Assembly (NCBI GenBank): GCA_963751515.1
Contig: CAVVUR010000013.1
Coordinates: forward strand, 132,829 to 196,828
Length of the DNA stretch: 64,000 nucleotides
Direction: 5' to 3'
Source of the DNA: an uncultured delta proteobacterium
GTDB lineage: Bacteria; Desulfobacterota; WTBG01
The notes beneath the pieces are model-generated. The model was not told the DNA's origin, made no database searches, and was given only the letters and a program-made list of their open reading frames with translations. The stretch's first letter is position 1, and every line of letters begins with the position of its first letter. This document shows, in pieces, positions 17,677-27,298 of the stretch. The position numbers were made by a program, and so were the translations under genes.

Positions 17677-17826
17677 CAGGCTGTTGAAAAACACCATCTG
17701 CGGCGTTACGCGCATCCTTGGTCATTGCGGCGTACCGGAATGTACGCCTCATTCCTCGGGATTTCGCGTGCCTTGCATCTGGACGTTTTTGAACAGCCTG
17801 GGGAAAAATACTTTTTCAACAATCTG
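17677..17826 (+). mobile_element. family-1 type A element R4 (non-coding, shares terminal box with type B) plus trailing box
   Basis: CAGGCTGTTGAAAAACACCATCTG...GGCGTAC-CGGAAT-GTACGCC...CATCTGGACGTTTTTGAACAGCCTG (to 17800), then GGGAAAAATAC-TTTTTCAACAATCTG. Homologous to 23747 and 54130. Confidence 0.8.
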
Positions 17827-17951
17827 CTCCCTGTCATCTTCCGCCGTTTAACCTCTCAGACACATCTGCGGCTGCAGCAGAGCCGCCGGTAGCGGTTTCG
17901 TGTTCACATGCTCCGGGCAAACGATTGCGAAGGTCCGGTGCGAGGTCTCCC

Positions 17952-19054
17952 ATGAAGGCCATGCTGGCTTTAGAAGACGGAACAATTTTCAGGGGCATCG
18001 CATGCGGCGCCGCCGGCGAACGGGCGGGAGAAGTGGTGTTTAACACCAGCATGACCGGCTACCAGGAAATCCTCACCGATCCTTCCTACAAGGGCCAGAT
18101 CGTTACCATGACCTACCCGATGATCGGCAACTACGGCGTCAACGATGAGGACCTGGAATCATCAGGCCCCCGGGCCGAAGGGTATGTCGTCAGGGAATTA
18201 AGCAGGATTGCCAGCAGCTGGCGCTCCCGCGGGGGACTGTCGGACTACCTGGAGCGGCACGGGGTGGTGGGAATTGAGGGTGTGGATACCCGGGCGCTTA
18301 CCCGGCACATCAGAACCGCGGGCGCCATGAAGGCGGTGATTTCGACCGAGTGATCTCGACGAAAAAGAGCTCATCAGCAGAGCACAATCCTCGCCCGGTA
18401 TAGTCGGGCGTGACCTGGTACAGGAGGTCACCTGCGAGGCCGTATATCGGTGGGAGGGGCCGGACAGACAGGTGCCTCCCGGATACCGGGTGGTGGTTCT
18501 GGACTGCGGCGCTAAAAGGAATATCATGCGCATGCTTGCTCATTCGGGATGTGAGGTTACCGTGGTTCCCGCTCATACCTGTGCGGAGGAGATCATGGCC
18601 CTCAAGCCCCACGGAGTGGTACTTTCCAATGGTCCCGGCGACCCCGCCGCAGTACCCTACGTGGTGGACACGGTTCGGGCGCTGATCGGCAAACTTCCCC
18701 TGCTTCGGCATCTGCCTGGGGCATCAGATGCTGGGACTTGCCCTGGGCGGGAAGACCTATAAGCTGAAGTTCGGCCACCGGGGAGGTAACCAGCCGGTCA
18801 AAGATCTGGCCAGCGGGAAGGTGAGCATCACCTCCCAGAACCACGGTTTTTGCGTGGATATGGAAAGCCTTAAGGACCGCGAGATAGAGCTGACCCATAT
18901 CAATCTCAATGACGATACCCCGGAAGGCATGCGGCATAAGAAGCTGCCTGTTTTTTCGGTGCAGTATCACCCGGAAGCCTCTCCCGGGCCCCATGACGCT
19001 TCGTATCTCTTCGCGGAGTTCGTGAACATGATGCAGCGGTGGGCACGTGCCTAG
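17952..19054 (+). pseudogene. carA: carbamoyl-phosphate synthase small subunit, interrupted by two +1 frameshifts (pseudogene or sequence error)
   Basis: CarA-homologous peptides sit in three successive frames: 17952..18353 ([15 protein letters not shown]...), 18472..18762 and 18728..19054 ([24 protein letters not shown]...). Removing t at about 18351 and c at about 18703 restores ...VISTEDLDEKE... and ...[15 protein letters not shown]... Confidence 0.85.
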
Positions 19055-22000
19055 GCGGACAGATATCAACAAAATCCTGATCATCGGTTCCGGGCCCTAT
19101 CGTAATCGGCCAGGCCTGCGAATTCGACTATTCCGGCACCCAGGCCTGCAAGGCGCTTGAAGGAAGAGGGCTATGAGGTGGTGCTGGTCAACAGCAACCC
19201 CGCGACCATCATGACCGATCCCGAAATGGCCGACCGCACCTATATCGAGCCCATCACCCCGGAGATCGTCGAGAAGATCATCGTAAAGAGCGGCCGGATG
19301 CCCTGCTTCCCACCCTCGGCGGCCAGACGGCGCTTAACCTGGCCATCCGTGCTGGCGGAGAAGGGCGTCCTCGACAAGTCCATGGCGTTGAGCATGATCG
19401 GCGCCGATTATGATGCCATACAAGAAGGCGGAGGACCGGGAGCTTTTCAAAGAGGCCATGCAGCGCATCGGCCTGGAGGTGCCGCGAAGCGGCCTCGCCC
19501 GCACCATGGAGGAGGCCCGTGAGGGCCGAGGAAATCGGCTATCCCCTCATCATCCGGCCCAGCTTCACCCTGGGCGGCACAGGCGGCGGCATGGCCTACA
19601 ATGTGGAGGAATTTGAGATGATTGCGGCGCGCGGGCTGGAATGCAGCATGATCAGCGAAATACTGATCGAGGAGTCGGTGCTGGGATGGAAGGAATACGA
19701 GCTGGAGGTGATGCGGGACCTCAAGGACAACGTGGTCATCATCTGCTCCATCGAGAACTTCGATCCCATGGGCATTCACACCGGCGACAGCATCACCGTT
19801 GCGCCCGCGCAGACGCTGACCGACAGGGAATATCAGGAGATGCGCGACGCTGCCTGCCTGATCATCCGGGAGATCGGGGTTGAGACCGGGCGGATCGAAC
19901 ATCCAGTTTGCCGTTGATCCCGAAACCGGCCGCATGGTGGTGATTGAGATGAATCCCCGCGTTTCGCGCAGTTCCGCCCTGGCGTCCAAGGCCACGGGCT
20001 TTCCCATCGCCAAGATCGCGGCAAAACTGGCGGTCGGCTACACGCTGGACGAGATACGCGAACGACATCACCCGGGAGACGCCCGCTTCCTTTGAGCCCA
20101 CCATCGATTACTGCGTGGTGAAAATTCCCCGCTTTACTTTTGAAAAATTCCCCAGGCGCCGACGATGTGCTGGGCATCTCCATGAAATCGGTGGGCGAGA
20201 CCATGGCCATCGGCCGGACCTTCAAGGAGGCCCTGCAAAAAGGGCTGCGTTCGCTGGAAATCGGCCGGCACGGTCTGGGGGCCGACGGCAAAGACCTGAT
20301 GAGCATTGTGCCGGGCATGAGCGCCGCCGCGAGACGGAAGCTGCGCGAGAGCTGAAGCTGCGCATAGCCAAGCGCTGCGGTGCCCCGCGCGAACGGCTCT
20401 TTTACATTAAGTATGGATTGCAGCTGGGGCATGAGCGTGGATGAGATCATGACGCTTACCGGCATTGATCCCTGGTTTCATTGATAACATAGCGGCAATT
20501 ATCGAGATCGGAGAAGGAAATTGCCGCTGCCGCTGCGGAATAAACTGGGAGGAGGGCGCGGGCAGCCCCTGTCCCTTCCGCCCGATCTCCTGCGCGCGTG
20601 CGAAGCGGCAGGGCTTTTCGATGTCCAGCTTGCTCACCTGCTGGGGTCGAATGAGGATGCGGTGAGACAGCTGCGAAGGGATGTCGGTGTTCAGCCCGTC
20701 TTCAAGCTGGTTGATACCTGCGCGGCCGAATTCGAGGCCTATACCCCCTACTACTATTCCACCTATGAAGAGGAAAACGAGAGCACCAGGACGGACCTGA
20801 AGAAAGATCATGATCCTGGGCGGCGGACCCAACCGCATCGGCCAGGGGATTGAATTTGATTATTGCTGTGTCCACGCCTCCTTTGCCCTCCGGGAACTGG
20901 GCTACGAAACCATCATGGTCAACAGCAACCCCGAGACGGTGAGCACGGATTACGATACCTCGACAAGCTCTACTTTGAGCCGCTGACCCTGGAGGACGTG
21001 CTGGACATTGTCGAGCGCGAAAAACCCGACGGTGTGATCGTGCAGTTCGGCGGACAGACCCCGCTCAACCTGGCGGTCCCGCTGGCACGAAAGCCGGGGT
21101 TCCCATCATCGGGACCAGCCCCGACAGCATAGACCGGGCGGAGGACCGGGAGCGCTTCACGCAGCTGCTGAAGAAGCTTAACCTCAATCAGCCGGTCAAC
21201 GACACGGCCGGCAGCCTGGAAGAGGCCCGGCTCAAGGCGCTGGGCATAGGGTTATCCCGTGGTGGTCCGGCCCTCTTACGTGCTGGGGGGAAGGGCCATG
21301 AAGATCGCTTACAACGAAGAGTCTCTCCTGGAATTTGCTGCTGCCGCGCTTCAGGTTTCACCGCAGTACCCCCTGCTGATTGATAAATTTCTCGAGGACG
21401 CCATTGAGGTTGATGTGGACGCGGTCGCCGACGGAGAGCGCTGCGTCATCGCGGGTATCATGGAGCACATTGAAGAGGCGGGGATTCACTCCGGCGACAG
21501 CGCCTGTGTCATTCCGCCCTACACCCTCGGGGACGAGATGATCCAGGCCATTAAAGAAAGCACCGTCCGGCTTGCCCGCGAACTTGAAGTGGTGGGATTG
21601 ATGAACATACAGTATGCGATAAAAAATGATGTTCTCTATGTCCTGGAGGTAAACCCCCGGGCCTCCCGTACCGTGCCCTTTGTGAGCAAGGCAACCGGAG
21701 TGCCCTGGGCGAAGATAGCAGCCACGGTGATGGCGGGCCGGAAGCTTAAGGAACTCGGAGTCAGGGACGAATACCCGTTAAACCACATCGCGGTCAAAGA
21801 GGCTGTCTTTCCCTTCAGTCGCTTTGCCGGGGTGGACCCGGTGCTGGGGCCGGAGATGAAATCCACCGGGGAGGTAATGGGGATCGACATTGATTTCGGA
21901 AGGGCGTACGCCAAATCACAGATTGCCGCGGGGCAGCTGCTGCCCACCGCGGGAAAAGTATTTCTCAGCGTCAGAAGCCAGGATAAGCGGTCCATCATCT

Positions 22001-22350
22001 TCATTGCCAAAAAGCTTTTTGATCTGGGTTTTACCCTGCTTGCAACCGGGGGCACGACCAGGGTCCTCACCCGTACTGGGCTGGAGGTGACGCGGGTCCT
22101 GAAAATTATCGAGGGCAGGCCCAATATCGCAGACCTGATTAAAAGCGGCGGGGTCGATTTGATTATCAATACGCCCTCGGGGACAGAGGCCTATGCCGAC
22201 CAGCTCAGCCTGAGAAGCCTTGCGGTCATGTATAATGTACCCTACATCACCACCATATCAGGCGCCTCGGCGGCGGTCAACGGCATTGAATTTCTGCAGA
22301 AGGGGAGCCTGGAGGTCCAGGCCCTACAGGATTACCATGCGCAGGGATGA
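19047..22350 (+). pseudogene. carB: carbamoyl-phosphate synthase large subunit, N-terminal 2.2 kb broken by about 19 single-base indels; C-terminal third intact
   Basis: Starts GTG 19047 ([17 protein letters not shown]). CarB-like peptides then hop through track ORFs 19157(f2), 19410(f0), 19519(f1), 19880(f2), 20115(f0), 20140(f1), 20465(f2), 20521(f1), 20863(f1), and the intact 21259..22350(f1). The translated fragments retain canonical CarB motifs ([52 protein letters not shown]). Confidence 0.85.
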
Positions 22351-22357
22351 AGGAGTG

Positions 22358-23749
22358 ATGGTATCAACTATGAGTCACCCACCGACAAATGAGATGGAAC
22401 GGCCGCTGCGGGAAGCATGCGGCATATTTGGCATCTTCGGCCATGAAGATGCCGCCCGCATTGCCTACCTCGGCCTGTATGCACTGCAGCACCGGGGGCA
22501 GGAGAGTGCGGGCATTGTGGTTTCCGACGGGAAGCATCTCACCGGCTACCGGGGTATGGGGCTGGTGCCCGAGATCTTTCACGAAGAGGGGCTGAAAAAG
22601 CTGAAAGGAGACCGGGCCATTGGCCACGTGCGCTATTCCACCACGGGCAGCTCGGAGATAAAAAATGCGCAGCCTTTTCAGGTTGAGTATTTGCGGGGAT
22701 CACTTGCCATAGCCCACAACGGCAACCTGGTCAACACGCTTGATCTCAAAAGAGCGCTGGAAAAAGCAGGGTCGATCTTTCAGTCCACCATGGACAGCGA
22801 GATCATTGTTCACCTGCTCGCCCGTTCAAAAGGCGCTGTCCTCGAAGACGCGCTGATTGAATCCCTCCCCCAGCTTAAAGGGGCCTATGCCCTGGTCCTG
22901 CTTACCCCGCATGAGATGATCGGCATCAGGGATCCTCACGGGCTGAGGCCTCTCTGCATCGGCATGCTTGACGGATCCTACGTCTTCGCCTCGGAGACCT
23001 GCGCCCTGGATCTCATCCAGGCCGACTATGTACGCGAAGTTGAGCCGGGGGAGATAGTCACCGTCGATGAAAACGGGCTGCGTTCGCTTAAGCCCTTTCC
23101 CGCGGCACGGCCTGCGCTCTGCATATTTGAGTTCATCTATTTTGCCCGGCCCGACAGCAGTGTCTTCGGCGGGGGCGTTTACCAGGCGCGCAAGCTACTG
23201 GGCAGGGAGCTGGCCCGTGAGCAGCCGGTTAATGTCGATCTGGTGATACCCATGCCAGATTCCGGCAACTGTGCCGCCCTCGGCTTTGCTGAAGCCTCAC
23301 AAATACCCTTCGAAATGGCCATGACCAGGAATCACTACGTGGGCCGCACCTTTATTCAGCCCACCCAGATCAGCAGGGACCTGGCGGTAAAGGTGAAGCT
23401 GAATCCGGTCAAGGATGTGATAAGGGACAAGCGGATCGTGGTCATCGAGGATTCCATTGTCCGGGGTACCACCAGCAAGATCAGGGTGAGAAATTTGCGG
23501 GAGGCCGGCGCGCGGGAAGTGCACATGCGGATAAGCTGCCCTCCCCACCGCCACCCCTGCTACTATGGCATTGATTTTCCCACCCGCAAGGAACTCATTG
23601 CCTCCTCCCACTCGGTGGACGAGATTGCCCGTTTCATGGGGCTGGACAGCCTGGGATACCTCAGCCCGGAAGGCATGATGAAAGCCATGCCCTTCGACCG
23701 GGGGAAATTTTGCCTCTCCTGCTTTGACGGCCGGTATCCGGTAATCTAG
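22358..23749 (+). CDS. purF: amidophosphoribosyltransferase
   Basis: About 463 aa from ATG 22358 (AAGGAG upstream; ATG 22370 is an alternative). Ntn Cys in CGIFGIFG; PRTase loop VVIEDSIVRGTT. The TAG stop at 23747..23749 is the first triplet of repeat R5. Confidence 0.9.
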   Translation: MVSTMSHPPTNEMERPLREACGIFGIFGHEDAARIAYLGLYALQHRGQESAGIVVSDGKHLTGYRGMGLVPEIFHEEGLKKLKGDRAIGHVRYSTTGSSEIKNAQPFQVEYLRGSLAIAHNGNLVNTLDLKRALEKAGSIFQSTMDSEIIVHLLARSKGAVLEDALIESLPQLKGAYALVLLTPHEMIGIRDPHGLRPLCIGMLDGSYVFASETCALDLIQADYVREVEPGEIVTVDENGLRSLKPFPAARPALCIFEFIYFARPDSSVFGGGVYQARKLLGRELAREQPVNVDLVIPMPDSGNCAALGFAEASQIPFEMAMTRNHYVGRTFIQPTQISRDLAVKVKLNPVKDVIRDKRIVVIEDSIVRGTTSKIRVRNLREAGAREVHMRISCPPHRHPCYYGIDFPTRKELIASSHSVDEIARFMGLDSLGYLSPEGMMKAMPFDRGKFCLSCFDGRYPVI

Positions 23750-23872
23750 CAGGCTGCTGAAAAACACCCATCTGCGGCGTACTCACATGTACGCCTCATT
23801 CCTCAGAATTTCGCGAGCCTTGCATCTGGATGTTTTTGAACAGCCTGCCAAAAGCTGATTTTTCAACAGCTG
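23747..23872 (+). mobile_element. family-1 type A element R5 (shorter variant) plus trailing box
   Basis: TAGCAGGCTGCTGAAAAACACCCATCTGCGGCGTAC-TCACAT-GTACGCC...CATCTGGATGTTTTTGAACAGCCTG, then CCAAAAGCTGA-TTTTTCAACAGCTG. It lacks about 26 nt present in R4 between the direct repeats GCGGCGT(T)AC. Confidence 0.8.
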
Positions 23873-23930
23873 TTAGAATCACTACCTGGGTTGCTTGAAG
23901 GATAACCCTGCCAGAGAAAGGAGATAATGC

Positions 23931-25511
23931 ATGAAGGTGCTCATCGCGGATGGTCTGGAAAAGGAAGGCATCGAACTCTTCGCGGGAGAGAGCAGGGTCA
24001 AGGCTGATGTCTATGCATCCCTGTCTCCCGAAGAGCTCAAGGAAAAAATTCCTAACTACGAGGGCCTCATTGTCCGCAGCGCCAGCAAGGTGACGGCCGC
24101 TGTTATGGAGTCAGGCCGCCGGCTCAAGGTTATCGGCCGGGCGGGCATCGGCTATGATAACATTGATGCGGATGCCGCGAGCAGAAAGGGCATCGTGGTG
24201 ATGAACACGCCGGGCGCCAATGCCATCACCACCGCAGAACATGCCGTAAGCCTGCTCCTGGCGCTTTCCCGTCATATTCCCCAGGCCGCGGCCTCCCTTA
24301 AAAGCGGCAAGTGGGAAAAAAAGAAATTCATGGGTGTGGAGGTGTTCAATCAGACGCTGGGCATCATCGGCCTTGGCAATATCGGTCAGGTGGTGGCGGA
24401 CCGCGCCCGGGGATTGAAAATGCGGGTAATAGCGTTTGACCCCTTTCTCTCCGAGGAAGCCATGGCAAAAAGGGGAGGTGACCGTGTGACCTTTGAACAG
24501 CTGCTTGCGCAGTCTGACTATATTACCGTCCATACCCCCCTTACCGATTCCACCAGAAACCTGATCGATAAAAGCGCGTTCAGGCAAATGAAAAAGGGCG
24601 TACGCATTATCAACTGCGCACGGGGAGGGATCGTCAATGAAGGGGACCTCTACGACGCCATTAAGCAGGGCATGGTTGCAGGTGCCGCGCTGGATGTGTT
24701 CGAACATGAGCCGCCGGAAGGGAGTCCTTTGCTCGGCCTCGATGAGGTGATTGCCACGCCCCATCTCGGCGCTTCAACTACGCAGGGGCAGACCAGGGTC
24801 GCGGAGGCGATTGCCCGTCAGGTAAAGGATTACCTGGAAAAGGGAATTATTACCAATGCGGTCAACGTTCCATCGGTGAGCCCGGAGCTGCTGGAGCAGG
24901 TGCGGCCCTACCTCATCCTCGCAGAAAAGATGGGCAGCTTCCAGGCGCAGACAGCAGAGGGCAGCATACGGCAGGTGACCGTGGAGTACAGCGGGGAGGT
25001 GGCAGCGTACGACCCGGCACCGCTTACCATTTGCATATTAAAGGGTCTTCTGGAACGTGCGCTTGCCGAGGGGGTGAATTACGTCAATGCCGCTCCCATC
25101 GCAAAAGAGCGGGGGATTAAGGTGAGTGAGGTCAAGACCAGGGACAGCGAGGGCTTTACCAGTCTCATCACGCTGCGCACCAGAACGGAAGAGGGCGAGC
25201 ACTCTATCGCCGGCACCCTCTTCGGCAGGGGGGACCCGCGGATCGTGCGGGTTGACAACTTCCTGACCGAGGCCGTGCCCGAGGGCACCATGCTGCTCAT
25301 GCACAACAATGATAAGCCGGGCGTGATCGGCGCCATCGGGAAGGCGCTGGGGAACAAGGGGATCAACATTGCCAGGATGCACTTGAGCAGGCAGAAAATC
25401 GGGGGCGTGGCCATTTCTCTTATCCACGTTGATAAACCGGTGGAGGATGCCGTGCTGCGCAGGCTTTCCAAGGTGGACAACATCCTGTCGGTTAAGCAGA
25501 TCACCCTTTGA
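23931..25511 (+). CDS. serA: D-3-phosphoglycerate dehydrogenase (with C-terminal ACT domain)
   Basis: 526 aa. 2-hydroxyacid dehydrogenase NAD motif GIIGLGNIGQ; catalytic region ARGGIV...TPHLGAST; long C-terminal regulatory extension. Confidence 0.9.
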   Translation: MKVLIADGLEKEGIELFAGESRVKADVYASLSPEELKEKIPNYEGLIVRSASKVTAAVMESGRRLKVIGRAGIGYDNIDADAASRKGIVVMNTPGANAITTAEHAVSLLLALSRHIPQAAASLKSGKWEKKKFMGVEVFNQTLGIIGLGNIGQVVADRARGLKMRVIAFDPFLSEEAMAKRGGDRVTFEQLLAQSDYITVHTPLTDSTRNLIDKSAFRQMKKGVRIINCARGGIVNEGDLYDAIKQGMVAGAALDVFEHEPPEGSPLLGLDEVIATPHLGASTTQGQTRVAEAIARQVKDYLEKGIITNAVNVPSVSPELLEQVRPYLILAEKMGSFQAQTAEGSIRQVTVEYSGEVAAYDPAPLTICILKGLLERALAEGVNYVNAAPIAKERGIKVSEVKTRDSEGFTSLITLRTRTEEGEHSIAGTLFGRGDPRIVRVDNFLTEAVPEGTMLLMHNNDKPGVIGAIGKALGNKGINIARMHLSRQKIGGVAISLIHVDKPVEDAVLRRLSKVDNILSVKQITL

Positions 25512-25545
25512 TCACATTGTGTAAACGGCACACGAGGTAACGGAC

Positions 25546-26043
25546 ATGGCGGACAGCAGGCTGGTGGGCATCATCTCGGATACCCATGATAATCGCAGGG
25601 CAATAGAGAAAGCGGTGTCTCTCTTTAACCGGCGGGAGGTGGGAATGGTTTTTCACGCGGGCGATATTGTCTCTCCCTTTACGGTGCGCGATTTCTCCAG
25701 GCTGACCTGCGGCATGGCGGTGGTCTTCGGCAACAATGACGGCGAGCGGATCGGTTTGCAGAAGACATTCAGCCCGCTGGGTACCATTGCCGTGGGGCCC
25801 TACCAGTGCGAGTTTGAAGGCAGGCGGTTTGTCCTCATGCACGAGCCTGCTTGTCTGGAGGCATTAGCGGCAGGCGGCGGGGTGGATGTGATCATCTACG
25901 GGCACACTCACGAGATCGATGTTAAAACCGGCGGGACCCTGATTATCAATCCCGGCGAGGGCGGGGGCTGGCTCAGCGGGCGGGCAACCGCCGCCATCCT
26001 TGACCTGGCCACCATGAAGGTGGAGATTGAGGAGATCGGATGA
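25546..26043 (+). CDS. YfcE/MJ0936-family metallophosphoesterase
   Basis: 165 aa. ISDTHDN, HAGD, GNNDGE, GHTHE motifs in the canonical order. Confidence 0.8.
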   Translation: MADSRLVGIISDTHDNRRAIEKAVSLFNRREVGMVFHAGDIVSPFTVRDFSRLTCGMAVVFGNNDGERIGLQKTFSPLGTIAVGPYQCEFEGRRFVLMHEPACLEALAAGGGVDVIIYGHTHEIDVKTGGTLIINPGEGGGWLSGRATAAILDLATMKVEIEEIG

Positions 26044-26101
26044 CAAGATCCTTCAATGTCGGAAAGGATGCATTGTGCAGGATTCACGATGCAGTGTACA
26101 C

Positions 26102-26230
26102 ATTGGGGTCAGCCCTTGACATTGGACATTTTCAGGAAGCGGAATCAAGAAGAGAACATACGGCGGTCAGTGTGCAGTCGACCGTGAACTTCTCCTGCCA
26201 TTTTGTCCAATGTCAAGGGCTGACCCCAAT
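26102..26230. repeat. perfect 27-bp inverted repeat with 75-nt spacer between convergent genes
   Basis: ATTGGGGTCAGCCCTTGACATTGGACA (26102..26128) and its exact reverse complement TGTCCAATGTCAAGGGCTGACCCCAAT (26204..26230). I found no other copy in the window. Confidence 0.9.
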
Positions 26231-26252
26231 AACATCCCCTCACGCGAGCGGT

Positions 26253-26858
26253 TCACCACTCTGACGGGGCCGGCGGCTTTCCGCCCAGCTTTGCCAGCAA
26301 CGATCTGAAATACCGGACTATGCTGGGCAGCAGAAAAAGCGAAAGGATGAGACCGGTCACAACCACGATTAACAGCAGTACCGGATAAAACGCGGCCAGC
26401 AGTACCGAACCCACCGCAAGGCCATCCTCGGCCAGGCTCGCTGCCACATTGGTTGCCGGTTCAGGGCTGGTGTTGACCACCATGCGCGCGGCCGCCTTCG
26501 TTCCGTGTGAGCTTAATGCAAGTCCTCCCCCCAGCAGAAACGCCACCACCTGCACGCTCCTGTCAAAATCTCCGAATGACGCTGCCGCGAGTACCGCGCC
26601 GGCAGGAACCCGAATGAAAGTGTGGATCGCATCCCAGATACTGTCAACCACCGGTATCTTGTCGGCGATAAACTCGATCAGATACAGCACCACCGCGACC
26701 CCGATCACCCACCAGCCCGTCAATAGCGATAGATCACCGGGCAGCTGGAGATGTGCAAAGCGGCCCAGCAGACCGAGCGTTGCCACCGAGGCATAGAGGT
26801 TAATGCCCGATACCCAGGCAGATCCCAGTGCGAACGCAAGTGTGCTTAAGAAGCTCAT
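26253..26858 (-). CDS. DUF4126-family integral membrane protein
   Basis: About 201 aa from ATG 26858 (MSFLSTLAFALGSAWVSGINLYA...). Multiple hydrophobic helices. The track ORF start 26927 adds an unlikely N-terminal extension. Confidence 0.6.
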   Translation of the reverse strand: MSFLSTLAFALGSAWVSGINLYASVATLGLLGRFAHLQLPGDLSLLTGWWVIGVAVVLYLIEFIADKIPVVDSIWDAIHTFIRVPAGAVLAAASFGDFDRSVQVVAFLLGGGLALSSHGTKAAARMVVNTSPEPATNVAASLAEDGLAVGSVLLAAFYPVLLLIVVVTGLILSLFLLPSIVRYFRSLLAKLGGKPPAPSEW

Positions 26859-26940
26859 AGTTTTTTTACTATTATTGCAGGGGATCGGTGAGAAAAGCCG
26901 ATTGAAGCGGAAGACGGCAATGGTCAACCATTATTACAAA

Positions 26941-27159
26941 TCAGATCAGCCCTTTGCTTTCAAGATAGTTTAATATCCGGTGAAGATACATGCGGCAGGG
27001 CGCTTCCTTGGCACTCCGGCAGGAAATTTTTTCCTTGTCATCCAGCCAGAAGCAGTCTTTGCAGCTTTCAGGGATGCAGGAGCTGATAAAAATCCTCAAT
27101 TCTTCCGGGTTCATTAAGCCGTTTTTCTCAACTTTTCTGAGCAATGAATCTACGTTCAC
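26941..27159 (-). CDS. small Cys-containing hypothetical protein
   Basis: 72-aa ORF (MNVDSLLRKVEKNGLMNPEELRIFISSCIPESCKDCFWLDDKEKISCRSAKEAPCRMY...). AT-richer codon usage than its neighbours. No family recognised. Confidence 0.35.
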   Translation of the reverse strand: MNVDSLLRKVEKNGLMNPEELRIFISSCIPESCKDCFWLDDKEKISCRSAKEAPCRMYLHRILNYLESKGLI

Positions 27160-27273
27160 GTTAAATCCCGGTTTTGATTGAATGGAGCATGGTCTGTATT
27201 AAAAACTCTACAGCAATATAAATGCCAGATTCCGAAAAATTGTCCCTTATAGCTATTTAATTGAATTTTAAAT

Positions 27274-27298
27274 AAAAAACGGCATGGAGCCATCGGCC
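27274..27298 (-). terminator. candidate intrinsic terminator downstream of mutL
   Basis: The minus strand reads GGCCGATGGCTCCATGCC followed by GTTTTTTATTT. The stem is short and imperfect. Confidence 0.3.

Noticed and set aside
19047-21259. Programmed ribosomal frameshifting or recoding in carB
   Set aside because: About 19 frame changes in both directions, without slippery heptamers or downstream structures. This is incompatible with programmed frameshifting.
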